In this document: piece by piece, positions 18,960 through 27,761 of the stretch
Position numbering within the stretch: position 1 is the first letter of the stretch
How the letters are laid out: every line of letters begins with the position of its first letter
From: Alphaproteobacteria bacterium
Lineage (GTDB): Bacteria; Pseudomonadota; Alphaproteobacteria; Micavibrionales; UBA2020
Direction of reading: 5' to 3'
Length of the DNA stretch: 64,000 nt
Assembly: GCA_965279315.1 (NCBI GenBank)
Contig: OZ257145.1
Location: 1,099,582-1,163,581 of the forward strand
Made by a program: the position numbers and the translations under genes
The notes under the pieces: model-generated
What the model was told of the DNA's origin: nothing
Databases searched by the model: none
Seen by the model: only the letters and a program-made list of their open reading frames with translations

Positions 18960-19585
18960 TCATCATAGGTCTTACAGGCTCCATCGGCATGGGCAAATCG
19001 ACGGCGGCAAAGATGCTGGGTGAAATGGGCATCCCCTGCCATGACAGCGACGCAACTGTGCATGAATTGATGGGCCCGGGCGGCAAGGCGGTATCCGCCA
19101 TCGGCGCGCTCTGCCCCGACGCGGTGCAAAAAGATGCCGCCGGAAATGATTTCATCGACCGCAAGGCGCTGGGGGCGCAGTTTTTCGCCAACCCCGCGCT
19201 GAAGTCGCAGGTAGAGGGTATCCTGTTCCCGCTGGTGCGTGAATCGAGCGACGCATTTGTGGCCGAAAAGAAAAAGGCAGGCGTCCGCGCCGTTGTGCTG
19301 GATATCCCGCTGCTGTTCGAGGTTGGGCGTGACAAGGACGTCGATGTAACCATTGTCGTGTCCGCGCCGAAAGAGGTACAGAGGGAGCGCGTGCTGGCAC
19401 GCGGCACCACGCAGGAACGCCTCGACGCCGTGCTGAAATCACAGCTGCCCGACGAAGAGAAACGCGCCCGCGCGACCTATGTGGTTGAAACGCATAAGGG
19501 CTTTGATGACACCCGTACGCAATTGTCCGGCATCGTCAGCAAGCTGTTGCCGCCGAAGGCTTCCCCGCCCAAATTCTGCCTTTGA
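18956..19585 (+). CDS. coaE: dephospho-CoA kinase
   Basis: In-frame ATG of ORF 18650-19585 overlaps the aroE stop (ATGA). Product starts MIIIGLTGSIGMGKST (P-loop). Confidence 0.9.
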   Translation: MIIIGLTGSIGMGKSTAAKMLGEMGIPCHDSDATVHELMGPGGKAVSAIGALCPDAVQKDAAGNDFIDRKALGAQFFANPALKSQVEGILFPLVRESSDAFVAEKKKAGVRAVVLDIPLLFEVGRDKDVDVTIVVSAPKEVQRERVLARGTTQERLDAVLKSQLPDEEKRARATYVVETHKGFDDTRTQLSGIVSKLLPPKASPPKFCL

Positions 19586-19598
19586 TAAAGGAGCGGCG

Positions 19599-20351
19599 AT
19601 GAAAAACTTACTGTTCGGCCTGTTGCTGGCGTTACTGCCGGTATCCGCCCATGCTGCCGAAGTGTCCGTGATGCCGGAAAAAGACGCCGATGCGGTGGTG
19701 GTCGAGCTGTTCACCTCCCAGGGCTGCTCGTCCTGCCCGCCCGCGCAGGAATTTTTGCAGCAGCTGTCGCGCCGCCCCGATGTGCTGACGCTGGAATACC
19801 ATGTCGATTATTGGGACCAGTTGAAAACATGGACCGGCGGCGCATGGAAAGACCCATTTTCGGACGCGCAGTGGACGGAACGTCAGGTCGCCTATAACAC
19901 CAAAATAATGGAATCCGACCGCGCCTTCACGCCGGAAATGGTGATCGACGGGCATTACCAGTCTGTCGGCAGTTCCAAATCGCAAGTGAACGGCCATATC
20001 GACGAAGCGCGCGCGGTGAAGCGCCAGAAATACAAGCTGACGCCCAAGGTAACTGAAAGCGGGCAGATGTCCGTCACCGTCGACGGCGCGCGGCTGATGG
20101 AAAACGCGCAGGTCGTGCTGTTGCGCCTGATCAAGGAAGCATCGACAGATGTGAAAGGCGGCGAGAACAAGGGCAGCGTCATGAAAAGCCACAACATCGT
20201 GAAGGAAATGATGGTGATCGGCACCTGGTCCAGCGGCAAGCAGGATTACAGCTTCGCGCTCACCCGTTTCCAGCCGGGCGAAGGCTGTGCGGTGCTGCTG
20301 CAAAACCCCGACACGCTGCAGGTTTATGCGGGCGGCCTCTGCCTGATGTGA
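19599..20351 (+). CDS. DUF1223-type secreted thioredoxin-fold protein
   Basis: Start trimmed to MKNLLFGLLLALLPVSAHA (signal peptide). VELFTSQGCSSCPPA motif. Confidence 0.75.
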   Translation: MKNLLFGLLLALLPVSAHAAEVSVMPEKDADAVVVELFTSQGCSSCPPAQEFLQQLSRRPDVLTLEYHVDYWDQLKTWTGGAWKDPFSDAQWTERQVAYNTKIMESDRAFTPEMVIDGHYQSVGSSKSQVNGHIDEARAVKRQKYKLTPKVTESGQMSVTVDGARLMENAQVVLLRLIKEASTDVKGGENKGSVMKSHNIVKEMMVIGTWSSGKQDYSFALTRFQPGEGCAVLLQNPDTLQVYAGGLCLM

Positions 20352-20392
20352 TGATGGCGGCTCTAGCCAAGCCCTGATTCCGCTGCTATATC

Positions 20393-21115
20393 TTGCCTAT
20401 GCGCGAAATCGTCCTCGATACAGAAACCACGGGCTTTGAACCGGGCGAAGGCCACCGGATGGTGGAGCTTGGCTGCGTGGAACTGGACAACCACCTGCCG
20501 ACAGGCCGCGTGTTCCATTGCTATTTCAACCCGATGCGCGATGTGCCGGCGGAGGCCACCCGCGTCCATGGCCTCACCGACCAGTTTTTGAAGGACAAGC
20601 CGCTATTCTCGGAAAAGGTCGGCGAATTCCTCGACTTCATCGGCAACGATACGCTTGTCATCCACAACGCCGAATTCGACATCAAATTCCTGAACTTCGA
20701 ATTGAAATCATCGGGGTTCAAGCCGCTGCAGATGAACCGCGTGCTGGATACGCTGCTGATGGCGCGCCAGAAATTCCCGGGGCAGCCTGCGTCGCTCGAT
20801 GCGCTCTGCCGCCGTTTCAAGGTCGACCTTGAAGAACGCAAATTCCACGGCGCGCTCCTCGACTCCCAATTGCTGGCCGAAGTGTATATGGAGCTGATGG
20901 GCGGCCGTCAGCACGGTTTCGCGATTTTGTCGGACGCCGCGATCGCGGGCTCCGCGCAACTCAACGCAAAAATCCGCCGCCAGAAACGCGAACACCGCAG
21001 CTTCACCATTACGGATGCGGAATTGAAACTCCACGCGGAATTCATCGGCAAGTTCAAAACCAATATGTGGTATCCAAAGCCCGAGACGAATGAGGCGGAG
21101 AAAAAAGCGTCATAA
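20393..21115 (+). CDS. dnaQ: DNA polymerase III epsilon subunit (3'-5' exonuclease)
   Basis: Exo motifs VLDTETTG, IHNAEFD and HGALLDSQLLAEVY. 240 aa; the start could instead be 20399. Confidence 0.9.
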   Translation: MPMREIVLDTETTGFEPGEGHRMVELGCVELDNHLPTGRVFHCYFNPMRDVPAEATRVHGLTDQFLKDKPLFSEKVGEFLDFIGNDTLVIHNAEFDIKFLNFELKSSGFKPLQMNRVLDTLLMARQKFPGQPASLDALCRRFKVDLEERKFHGALLDSQLLAEVYMELMGGRQHGFAILSDAAIAGSAQLNAKIRRQKREHRSFTITDAELKLHAEFIGKFKTNMWYPKPETNEAEKKAS

Positions 21116-21229
21116 AAAAAGCCCCGGGTTTCCGGGGGGGGATAGTGAGAGGGCGAAGACTTCCGATTTCGGACCACACTTAGAGACAAAAACAGCCCCT
21201 ACCATTAATCCGGCGGGGCTATTTTTTCT
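21116..21229. repeat. left inverted-repeat arm (two stem-loops)
   Basis: AAAAAGCCCCGGgtttCCGGGGGGGGATAGTGAGAG..GACTTCCGATTTCGGACCACAC..AAACAGCCCCTACCATTAATCCGGCGGGGCTATTTTTT. Matches the reverse complement of 22460-22577. Confidence 0.8.
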
Positions 21230-21334
21230 TTAAATCACCTATAGGAGTTATTGCAGCGACAGAGGGAAGTTAGGGCATCATGAGCCAGATGTTGGATAAG
21301 TCAGATTGTAGAAAGTGTGAAGGTCTCCTGCACT

Positions 21335-21835
21335 ATGTTTTGTACTGTTCTCCATGAACTGAAGAGCCCGACGAATGTTGGGATGATTGTCCGTAGCCAC
21401 GTAGCTTTTGGCGGAGTGCAAATAGTCTTCGTCGGCCAAAATAAGCCATGGGAATTTAGAAAACAAAGCCAATCCTTTTCTAGAAAACTCGAAAAGCTTT
21501 GCGAAATGGTCTTCATCGACACGGACGAAGATTTTTTCGCGTGGTGTGCTGCTCAAAATTACTCCTCTACAGCATTGGAGATATCAACTTCTTCTTCACC
21601 AATCCGGAATTATCCATTCCCTGAGAGAACAGCCCTGATAGTAGGGAGTGAAGGAGCGGGACTACCTAGTGAGTTTATCGCCCGCTGTGACCACAGGGTT
21701 TTGATCCCTCAATTCGGCCAAGTGGAATGTTTAAACGTCGCGGTTTCTTGCTCTATTGCGCTGTATGAGCTTTCGCGCTCTGCGGCGAACCCGCAGAAGA
21801 TTCAGGATTCTAGCTTCATTACCACCAACAGTTGA
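21335..21835 (+). CDS. minimal SpoU/TrmH-family RNA 2'-O-methyltransferase
   Basis: Start trimmed to MFCTVLHELKSPTNVGMIVRSHVAFG. C-terminal knot motifs ALIVGSEGAGLP and VLIPQFGQVECLNVAVSCSIALYE. AT-rich codon usage. Confidence 0.75.
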   Translation: MFCTVLHELKSPTNVGMIVRSHVAFGGVQIVFVGQNKPWEFRKQSQSFSRKLEKLCEMVFIDTDEDFFAWCAAQNYSSTALEISTSSSPIRNYPFPERTALIVGSEGAGLPSEFIARCDHRVLIPQFGQVECLNVAVSCSIALYELSRSAANPQKIQDSSFITTNS

Positions 21836-21918
21836 CTAAAATGAGAAAATTTTCCGAAGAAACCTTATCATATTTAGAATGAAAAATTTCGAAACCATAA
21901 CTTGGGGCACTTTCGCAC

Positions 21919-22422
21919 ATGCGACCAACCTGTTTTAATCTCGGAAAAAAAGATCATCAGTTCCAACTTTACATGATGGGACTCTCCACCCTCGGGGCAC
22001 TAGGGATGTTTGCACCGTCAACTCCACTTACAGTGACTGAGTTTGAGGCCGATAAAACCAAGCGGGGGTATAACGGCTGGATTTCGGCGAAAGACTTACC
22101 TTCTTTGGTTACGGCTGGTCTGATGTTCGACTATCTGAACACCAACAATAAAATTGATATAATCGATTTCACTGCGACAATTAACCAAGACACCGTCTTG
22201 TCAACCCACGATGATAACGAGGCTTGTTTTCTTGTCCCGAGCGATGAGCGGGCAATTGGTATTTTGGAGGCATTGGTCGATAAAGAATTGCTTGCGACCG
22301 TATTGCCCACAATCTTATCAAATCCGGGGAAATATATTGGCGAAGTGGACGGGAAGTTCAGCGCGTATGCGAGTTTTTCGGACTGGGTAAACGCTCGTAC
22401 AGACAAGAGAGAAGCTACATAA
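21919..22422 (+). CDS. hypothetical protein (cassette cargo)
   Basis: 167-aa ORF with AT-rich composition and no recognisable motif. An alternative start is at 21973 (MMGLSTLG). Confidence 0.5.
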   Translation: MRPTCFNLGKKDHQFQLYMMGLSTLGALGMFAPSTPLTVTEFEADKTKRGYNGWISAKDLPSLVTAGLMFDYLNTNNKIDIIDFTATINQDTVLSTHDDNEACFLVPSDERAIGILEALVDKELLATVLPTILSNPGKYIGEVDGKFSAYASFSDWVNARTDKREAT

Positions 22423-22459
22423 TGGCAATTATCCGCCAAAGCTGAAGCGCATAAATAAG

Positions 22460-22577
22460 AAAACAGCCCCTACCAAATCAATGGTGGGGGCTGTTTCTAT
22501 TTCATTGGGTGTGGTCAGAAAACGGAAGTCCCCGTTCTCTCACTATACCCCCCGGGGTTCCCGGGGCTTTTTTTTTA
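22460..22577. repeat. right inverted-repeat arm (two stem-loops)
   Basis: AAAACAGCCCCTACCAAATCAATGGTGGGGGCTGTTT..GTGTGGTCAGAAAACGGAAGTC..CTCTCACTATACCCCCCGGGGttCCCGGGGCTTTTTTTTT. This is the reverse complement of the left arm. Confidence 0.8.
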
Positions 22578-22581
22578 TGTT

Positions 22582-22603
22582 GTCATGCCAGCGAAGGCTG
22601 ACG
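22582..22603. repeat. small REP-like hairpin (GTCAT-GCCAGC-gaag-GCTG family)
   Basis: GTCATGCCAGCGAAGGCTGAC. Related to the reverse complement of 38737-38760. Confidence 0.5.
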
Positions 22604-22612
22604 GTTACGTGA

Positions 22613-23149
22613 TCAGGCTTGCGCAGCCTGTCCTTGCTGTTCTTTCAGGCGCTTCACTTCGTTGATGTAAATGGTTTCAAACGAAATGGGCGTCAGGAAC
22701 AGGGGCGGGTAACCGCCGGCCGAGGTCGTGTTCGCCACGATTTCGCGCGCGAAGGGGAAGAGCAGTTTCGGCACTTCCACCATGATCACCGGCTGGTGGT
22801 TTTCCTTCGGAATGTTTTTCAGCACGACAAGCGCGCCATAGGACAGGTCGATGATGAAGCAGACTTTGTCTTTTTCTTTTGCCTTGGCCTCGACGCGGAA
22901 ATTCACGCTGCATTCATACACATCGTCTTTCAGAACCTGGTGGCGCAGGAAGATCTGTACGTTGGTTTCCGGCTGCGGCCAGCCCGAGACGAGGCTTTCC
23001 GGCGCGTTCGGGTTTTCGAAGGAGAAATCCTTGATGTACTGCGCGATCACCTGCACGCCCTGCTGGTTCGCGGATTGCGTATCGGCGGGGACTGCTGCGG
23101 GGTTTGCCGCTTTTGCTGCTTTGGGATCGGGCTTTTTATCTTTGGACAT
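22613..23149 (-). CDS. secB: protein-export chaperone SecB
   Basis: 178 aa with QVIAQYIKDFSFENPNAPESL and FLRHQV...VEVPKLLFPFAREIV, typical of SecB. Confidence 0.9.
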   Translation of the reverse strand: MSKDKKPDPKAAKAANPAAVPADTQSANQQGVQVIAQYIKDFSFENPNAPESLVSGWPQPETNVQIFLRHQVLKDDVYECSVNFRVEAKAKEKDKVCFIIDLSYGALVVLKNIPKENHQPVIMVEVPKLLFPFAREIVANTTSAGGYPPLFLTPISFETIYINEVKRLKEQQGQAAQA

Positions 23150-23231
23150 GTTCTGTCAATCCTTCCGGGTTTTAAATGCTGTAAAATGGGTAGCATGGCG
23201 CAACGCGGCCTGCAAGCTGCGCGCGCCATAA

Positions 23232-23723
23232 TCAGGGGCGCGGCAGCTTTTCGTCGTCGTTATCCATCCGCTTGAATTCGCCTTCGATCAGCGGCGCATC
23301 CGCATCGCCGGGCGGGTTGGTTTTGGTGTAGGTCCATTCGCGGAATTCACGGCTGTCGCGCGTGAAGGTGTGCATATAGCTGTCGGGGTTCTTCTGCGAA
23401 TGGCCGAACAGCCATGTGCGGCACGGCGCCAGCAGGAAAGGCATCGCAATGATATCGCTGACAAAGCCCGGGAAGATCAGCAGCAACGCCGCGATCAGCA
23501 TGCACAGGCTGTCGAAACCCTCGCGCAGCGCGAACAGCTTGTCGTCACCATCTGGCGTATGCATCGCCTTCAGCCCGCCGGTTTTCAGCAGGTGAAAACC
23601 GAAGGCGGTCGCGCAAATAATCCATAATACCGAATTGAAGAAGCCGATGCGCCCGCCGACCACGAAAAACCCGATCAGTTCAATCAGCGGCAGATAGGCA
23701 AGACGCGACAAAAGCTTAGACAT
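23232..23723 (-). CDS. fxsA: FxsA family membrane protein
   Basis: N-terminus LPLIELIGFFVVGGRIGFFNSVLWII and FPGFVSDIIAMPFLL, typical of FxsA/UPF0716. Confidence 0.8.
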   Translation of the reverse strand: MSKLLSRLAYLPLIELIGFFVVGGRIGFFNSVLWIICATAFGFHLLKTGGLKAMHTPDGDDKLFALREGFDSLCMLIAALLLIFPGFVSDIIAMPFLLAPCRTWLFGHSQKNPDSYMHTFTRDSREFREWTYTKTNPPGDADAPLIEGEFKRMDNDDEKLPRP

Positions 23724-23884
23724 ATCAGTTGCTTATTTAGGTTGAAACGATTATTTACCTTTATTCGTTATAGTTAAGATGGGGTAAAAGGTTTCTCAAA
23801 GCTAGTTGAAATCCCCGCTTTCAGATAGATTTTAACGATAACGCCAAAAAAGGCGTAGCTGCGCCCCAGAAGAAGGAAACAACA

Positions 23885-24586
23885 GTGCATCTCGACATCC
23901 TTATTTTCGCGGCCATCGCGGCATTCCTCATTTACCGGCTCAATTCCGTACTGGGCACGCGCAATGGCAATGAACGCCAGCGCCCGAACCCGTTGAACCC
24001 CGCTGCCGATCCCGCGCGCGTCAACCCGCTGGAGGCGCCGAACACCGTGCGCCCCACCGCAGCGCCGACGCCCGTCATGACCCCCGCCGCGCTGGGGCTG
24101 GTCATCGATGCCGATGCCAACCGCGACGGCCGCGTGGAACAGGGCCTCGCCGATATCCGGCAGGAGGACAGCTATTTCGACCTCAACACTTTCATGCAGG
24201 GCGCGCGTTATGCGTTCGAACTGATCGTGACGGCTTATGCGCGCGGCGACCTGGCCGCCATCCAGCCGCTGGTCAGCCCGAAACTGTACAACGATTTCGC
24301 GGGCGGCGTTCGCGCGCGCGAAGCGGCGGGGCATACCGCCGAACTGACGCTCCACCGCGTTCAGCATGCAAAAATCGTCGAGGCCCATATGGGCGGCGCG
24401 ATGGCCTATGTGACGGTCGATTTCCAGGTCGAGGAAAGCACCGTCACGCGCGATAAATCTGGGCAGGTCGTCGACGGCAATCCCGACAGCGTGTTCACGA
24501 TCCGCGATATCTGGACGTTCACGCGCGACACGCGCACGACCGACCCCAACTGGATTCTTATTGAGACTCGCTCCGCCGACCAGTAA
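23885..24586 (+). CDS. Tim44-like domain protein
   Basis: GTG start. N-terminal helix MHLDILIFAAIAAFLIYRLNSVLG, C-terminal Tim44-like domain (FMQGARYAFELIVTAYARGD ... WTFTRD). Has the conserved alphaproteobacterial position beside secB. Confidence 0.8.
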   Translation: MHLDILIFAAIAAFLIYRLNSVLGTRNGNERQRPNPLNPAADPARVNPLEAPNTVRPTAAPTPVMTPAALGLVIDADANRDGRVEQGLADIRQEDSYFDLNTFMQGARYAFELIVTAYARGDLAAIQPLVSPKLYNDFAGGVRAREAAGHTAELTLHRVQHAKIVEAHMGGAMAYVTVDFQVEESTVTRDKSGQVVDGNPDSVFTIRDIWTFTRDTRTTDPNWILIETRSADQ

Positions 24587-24626
24587 TATCCCCTGAATTC
24601 TTAAATCTTCCCGCGGGGGTATTTCC

Positions 24627-25856
24627 ATGCGCGCACTCTCCATGCTCTGCCTGATCGTGCTTGCCGCCTGCGCCGGCGCGCCCGATGCGGGCAAGGCGAA
24701 GAAAGCGGAAGATCCGTTTTACCTGAAACCCACCGTGTTCGAAAAGCTGCCGGGCTGGGACGCCGATGCGCAAAGCGCCGCGCTGGTGCCGATGCGGAAA
24801 TCATGCGCGCGCATCGCGAAAAAAGACGCCGCCAAATCCTTCGGCCCCACCGATATCGCGGGCAGCTATGCCGATTGGCAGGCTGTGTGCGAAAAACTGC
24901 CCGTGGACGCCGATGATGCCGCCGCGCGCGCGTATTTCGCCGAAAACTTCACCGCCTATGAAATCTGGGATGCGCAGGACCGCGACGGCCTGTTCACCGG
25001 CTACTACGAACCCATCCTGCACGGGTCGCTGACAAGGAAAAAACCGTATCTCATCCCCCTCTACGAACGCCCGGATGACATGGTCACCGTCAACCTCGGC
25101 GATTTCAAGCCGGAGCTGAAGGGCGAAACGGTCACGGGCCGCGTCGATGGTGAAAAACTCGTGCCCTATTTCACCCGCGCCGATATCGAAAAAGGGGCGC
25201 TGAAAAAGCAGGACAAGGTGGTGTGGGTCAACAGCGCGGTCGATGCGTTTTTCCTCCATATCCAGGGATCGGGTCAGGTGAAGATGGAGAACGGCGATAT
25301 CCTGCGCGTGGGTTACGCCGCGCAGAATGGCCGCGCCTATACCGCCATCGGCAAATCACTGTTGGACAAGGGCGAGTTGCAGCCGGGCAATGTCTCGATG
25401 CAATCGATCCGCCAATGGCTGGAAACGCATCCCGACAAAGCCGCCGACATCATGAATATCAACGAGTCATATGTTTTCTTCCGCAAGCTGGACGGCGACG
25501 GCCCGTTGGGGGCCGAAGGTGTGGCCCTGACCCCGAAGCGCAGCATGGCGGTTGACCGCAAGAAATTCCCCTATGGCGCGCCGATCTTTATCGATGCCGC
25601 AAAACCTGAAGGCGAAGGCCGCCTGCAGCAGCTGATGGTCGCGCAGGATACCGGCGGCGCGATCAAGGGCGCGGTGCGCGGCGATTTCTTCTGGGGGGCG
25701 GGTGATGAAGCGGCGCATAATGCGGGCGTCATGAAATCCAAGGGGCAGTCCTATATCCTGCTGCCGAAATCCGTCGCCGTTCCCGCCAAATATGCGCCCC
25801 GCCCGTGGTGGATGAAGGCGGGTGGCGCGGGCGACGGTTTCGTTTATAATAATTGA
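24627..25856 (+). CDS. mltA: membrane-bound lytic murein transglycosylase A
   Basis: Lipoprotein-type leader MRALSMLCLIVLAAC. MltA motifs FFLHIQGSG, and AVDRKKFPYGAPIFI...DTGGAIKG (3D domain). Confidence 0.9.
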   Translation: MRALSMLCLIVLAACAGAPDAGKAKKAEDPFYLKPTVFEKLPGWDADAQSAALVPMRKSCARIAKKDAAKSFGPTDIAGSYADWQAVCEKLPVDADDAAARAYFAENFTAYEIWDAQDRDGLFTGYYEPILHGSLTRKKPYLIPLYERPDDMVTVNLGDFKPELKGETVTGRVDGEKLVPYFTRADIEKGALKKQDKVVWVNSAVDAFFLHIQGSGQVKMENGDILRVGYAAQNGRAYTAIGKSLLDKGELQPGNVSMQSIRQWLETHPDKAADIMNINESYVFFRKLDGDGPLGAEGVALTPKRSMAVDRKKFPYGAPIFIDAAKPEGEGRLQQLMVAQDTGGAIKGAVRGDFFWGAGDEAAHNAGVMKSKGQSYILLPKSVAVPAKYAPRPWWMKAGGAGDGFVYNN

Positions 25857-25857
25857 C

Positions 25858-26679
25858 ATGGCCGACGTCACATCCCCCTTTGGCACCTATGCCCTGAAAA
25901 AACGCGATGCGCAGCTGCTGCGCTGGGCGCAGGGCATGCCCGCATCATGGCTCGGCCGCCGCGCCGCGCTCATCCTGCGCAAGACGGTGCTGATGAGCAA
26001 ATGCAAGACCGTCGATGCAGTGACCGAGGGGCTGAAATTCCGCCTCTACATGACCGATAACGTGTCGGAACGCAAATTCCTGTTCCTGCCGCAATTCTTC
26101 GACCGGTTCGAACGTAACTTGCTGCGCGCGCGGCTGACGAATGGCAGCGTGTTCCTGGATATCGGCGCGAATGCGGGTATTTATTCCATGACGGCGGCGG
26201 CCTGCGTGGGCGATGCGGGCCGCGTGATTTCGATTGAACCGAACCCCGTCGTGCTCGACCGCCTGAAATTCAACATGGCGCTCAACGGTTTTGAAAAGCG
26301 CATGAGTGTTGAACAGTCTTGCGTCGGCGATGCCGAAGGCACGGTCGACCTGACCCTTGACGACACCAACCTTGGCGGTTCCAGCCTTGTCGCCACGCGG
26401 TCATCCAACAAGATTTCAGTTGCCTGCTATCCGCTGCTGACGATCCTGAAAAAATACCAGACCGAAAAAATAGACGCGCTGAAGATCGATATCGAGGGCG
26501 CGGAAGACAAGGCGTTGATCCCCTTCCTGCGCGACGCGCCCGCCGGCCTGTTGCCCAAAATCATGATCCTCGAAAATTCCCCGTCGCAATGGCAGCAGGA
26601 CCTTCCGGCCGCGCTGACGGCTGCAGGATATAAACTGCTGAAAACCACGCGCATGAATATGGTGTGGGAAAAGGCCTAG
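25858..26679 (+). CDS. FkbM family methyltransferase
   Basis: Start trimmed to MADVTSPFG, directly after the mltA stop. SAM-binding FLDIGANAGIYS and ALKIDIEGAE. Confidence 0.75.
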   Translation: MADVTSPFGTYALKKRDAQLLRWAQGMPASWLGRRAALILRKTVLMSKCKTVDAVTEGLKFRLYMTDNVSERKFLFLPQFFDRFERNLLRARLTNGSVFLDIGANAGIYSMTAAACVGDAGRVISIEPNPVVLDRLKFNMALNGFEKRMSVEQSCVGDAEGTVDLTLDDTNLGGSSLVATRSSNKISVACYPLLTILKKYQTEKIDALKIDIEGAEDKALIPFLRDAPAGLLPKIMILENSPSQWQQDLPAALTAAGYKLLKTTRMNMVWEKA

Positions 26680-27608
26680 CCGATTTTTTCCGGCACCGGC
26701 AACCGCGACAAATTCGCCTGAATGTCGTCAATTGCGGGCATGCCCGCTTGTGCGCCGAGGCCCAGGCAGGCGAGTCCTGCGCCGGTCGATGCGAAATGCA
26801 GGGCTTTCACCCAGCCGCTGCCTGCCTGCAGCGACGCTGCGAAGATGCCGCAGAATGCGTCGCCCGCGCCCGTTGAATCAACCACTTCGACCGGCAGCGC
26901 GCCGACCTTGTATGCATCCGCGCCCTTGGCCGCGACCACGCCTTTTTCTTCCAGTGTGATGATGCAGGCAAGGTCGCCCAGTGCCGCCACTCTTTTCGCG
27001 ATCGTCAGCGCGTCTTCCGATTCAATGCCGAGCCCATGCGCCAACTGGTGCGATTCAACTTCGTTCACGATCAGGTAGTCGAGCGTCGCAATCACCTCCG
27101 CCGGAATTTCCGCCGAAGGGGAGGCGTTCAGGATTGTAACCGCGCCATTCTGCTTGCCGCGCTTCAGCACGTCGAAGGTCTGGCCGTAATCGGTTTCCAG
27201 CTGGCAGAGGATCACGTTCTTGTCGTTGAACACTTCGTCGGGCAACTGGTCGGATGTCGCATCGAGGTTTGCGCCCGGCGCCACGATGATGATATTCGCG
27301 CCCTTCATGTTGACCGCGATGGTGGCGCAGCCGGTGGGACGCTCCGAAATACCGATGCCGGTCGTCCAGACACCCTGGGTCTTCAGGTTGTTGACCGAAC
27401 GGCGGCCGAACGCATCGTCGCCGACCTTGCCGGCCATGGCGACTTTTGCGCCCGCCCGCACGGCGGCGACCGCCTGATTTGCGCCCTTGCCGCCCGTGCG
27501 ACTCAGGTAATCCGCCGTGCAGGCCACCGTCTCCCCCGTCTTGGGGAAGTGGCTGACCGGCATGATGAGGTCGATATTCATGGATCCGAAGACGATAATC
27601 ATGTCCAT
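26676..27608 (-). CDS. rbsK: ribokinase
   Basis: 310 aa with TGGKGANQAVAA, and DSTGAGDAFCG with the anion hole. Confidence 0.85.
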   Translation of the reverse strand: MDMIIVFGSMNIDLIMPVSHFPKTGETVACTADYLSRTGGKGANQAVAAVRAGAKVAMAGKVGDDAFGRRSVNNLKTQGVWTTGIGISERPTGCATIAVNMKGANIIIVAPGANLDATSDQLPDEVFNDKNVILCQLETDYGQTFDVLKRGKQNGAVTILNASPSAEIPAEVIATLDYLIVNEVESHQLAHGLGIESEDALTIAKRVAALGDLACIITLEEKGVVAAKGADAYKVGALPVEVVDSTGAGDAFCGIFAASLQAGSGWVKALHFASTGAGLACLGLGAQAGMPAIDDIQANLSRLPVPEKIG

Positions 27609-27761
27609 CAGCCTAATGTTAATGCGTTGAACGGTCTAGTGATTTGCGCGAAAGAAGACCAAACCAGTCAGATTTGAAGGGCATTTTCTTGAACCTGTGT
27701 CATTGATTAGCTGGGTTGGGGCGTGTAAATCTATGACAGCACATTGAAGTGGAAAACGCCC

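Larger units (their letters stand above)
21116..22577. mobile_element. putative non-autonomous inverted-repeat-bounded cassette (cargo: SpoU methyltransferase plus unknown gene)
   Basis: ~115-nt imperfect terminal inverted repeats enclose a visibly AT-richer ~1.2-kb segment inside the otherwise conserved dnaQ/secB junction. No transposase or integrase gene. Confidence 0.5.

Noticed and set aside
21134-21141. G8 homopolymer as a phase-variation switch
   Set aside because: It is part of the hairpin and inverted-repeat arm and is non-coding. It is mirrored by a C-run in the right arm, so it is structural rather than a slippage switch in a gene or promoter spacer.
21278-21556. 92-aa minus-strand ORF and a short + strand ORF (21279-21356) at the left end of the cassette
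   Set aside because: They overlap the SpoU methyltransferase gene, whose motifs fix the + strand frame beginning at 21335. Neither has features of its own.
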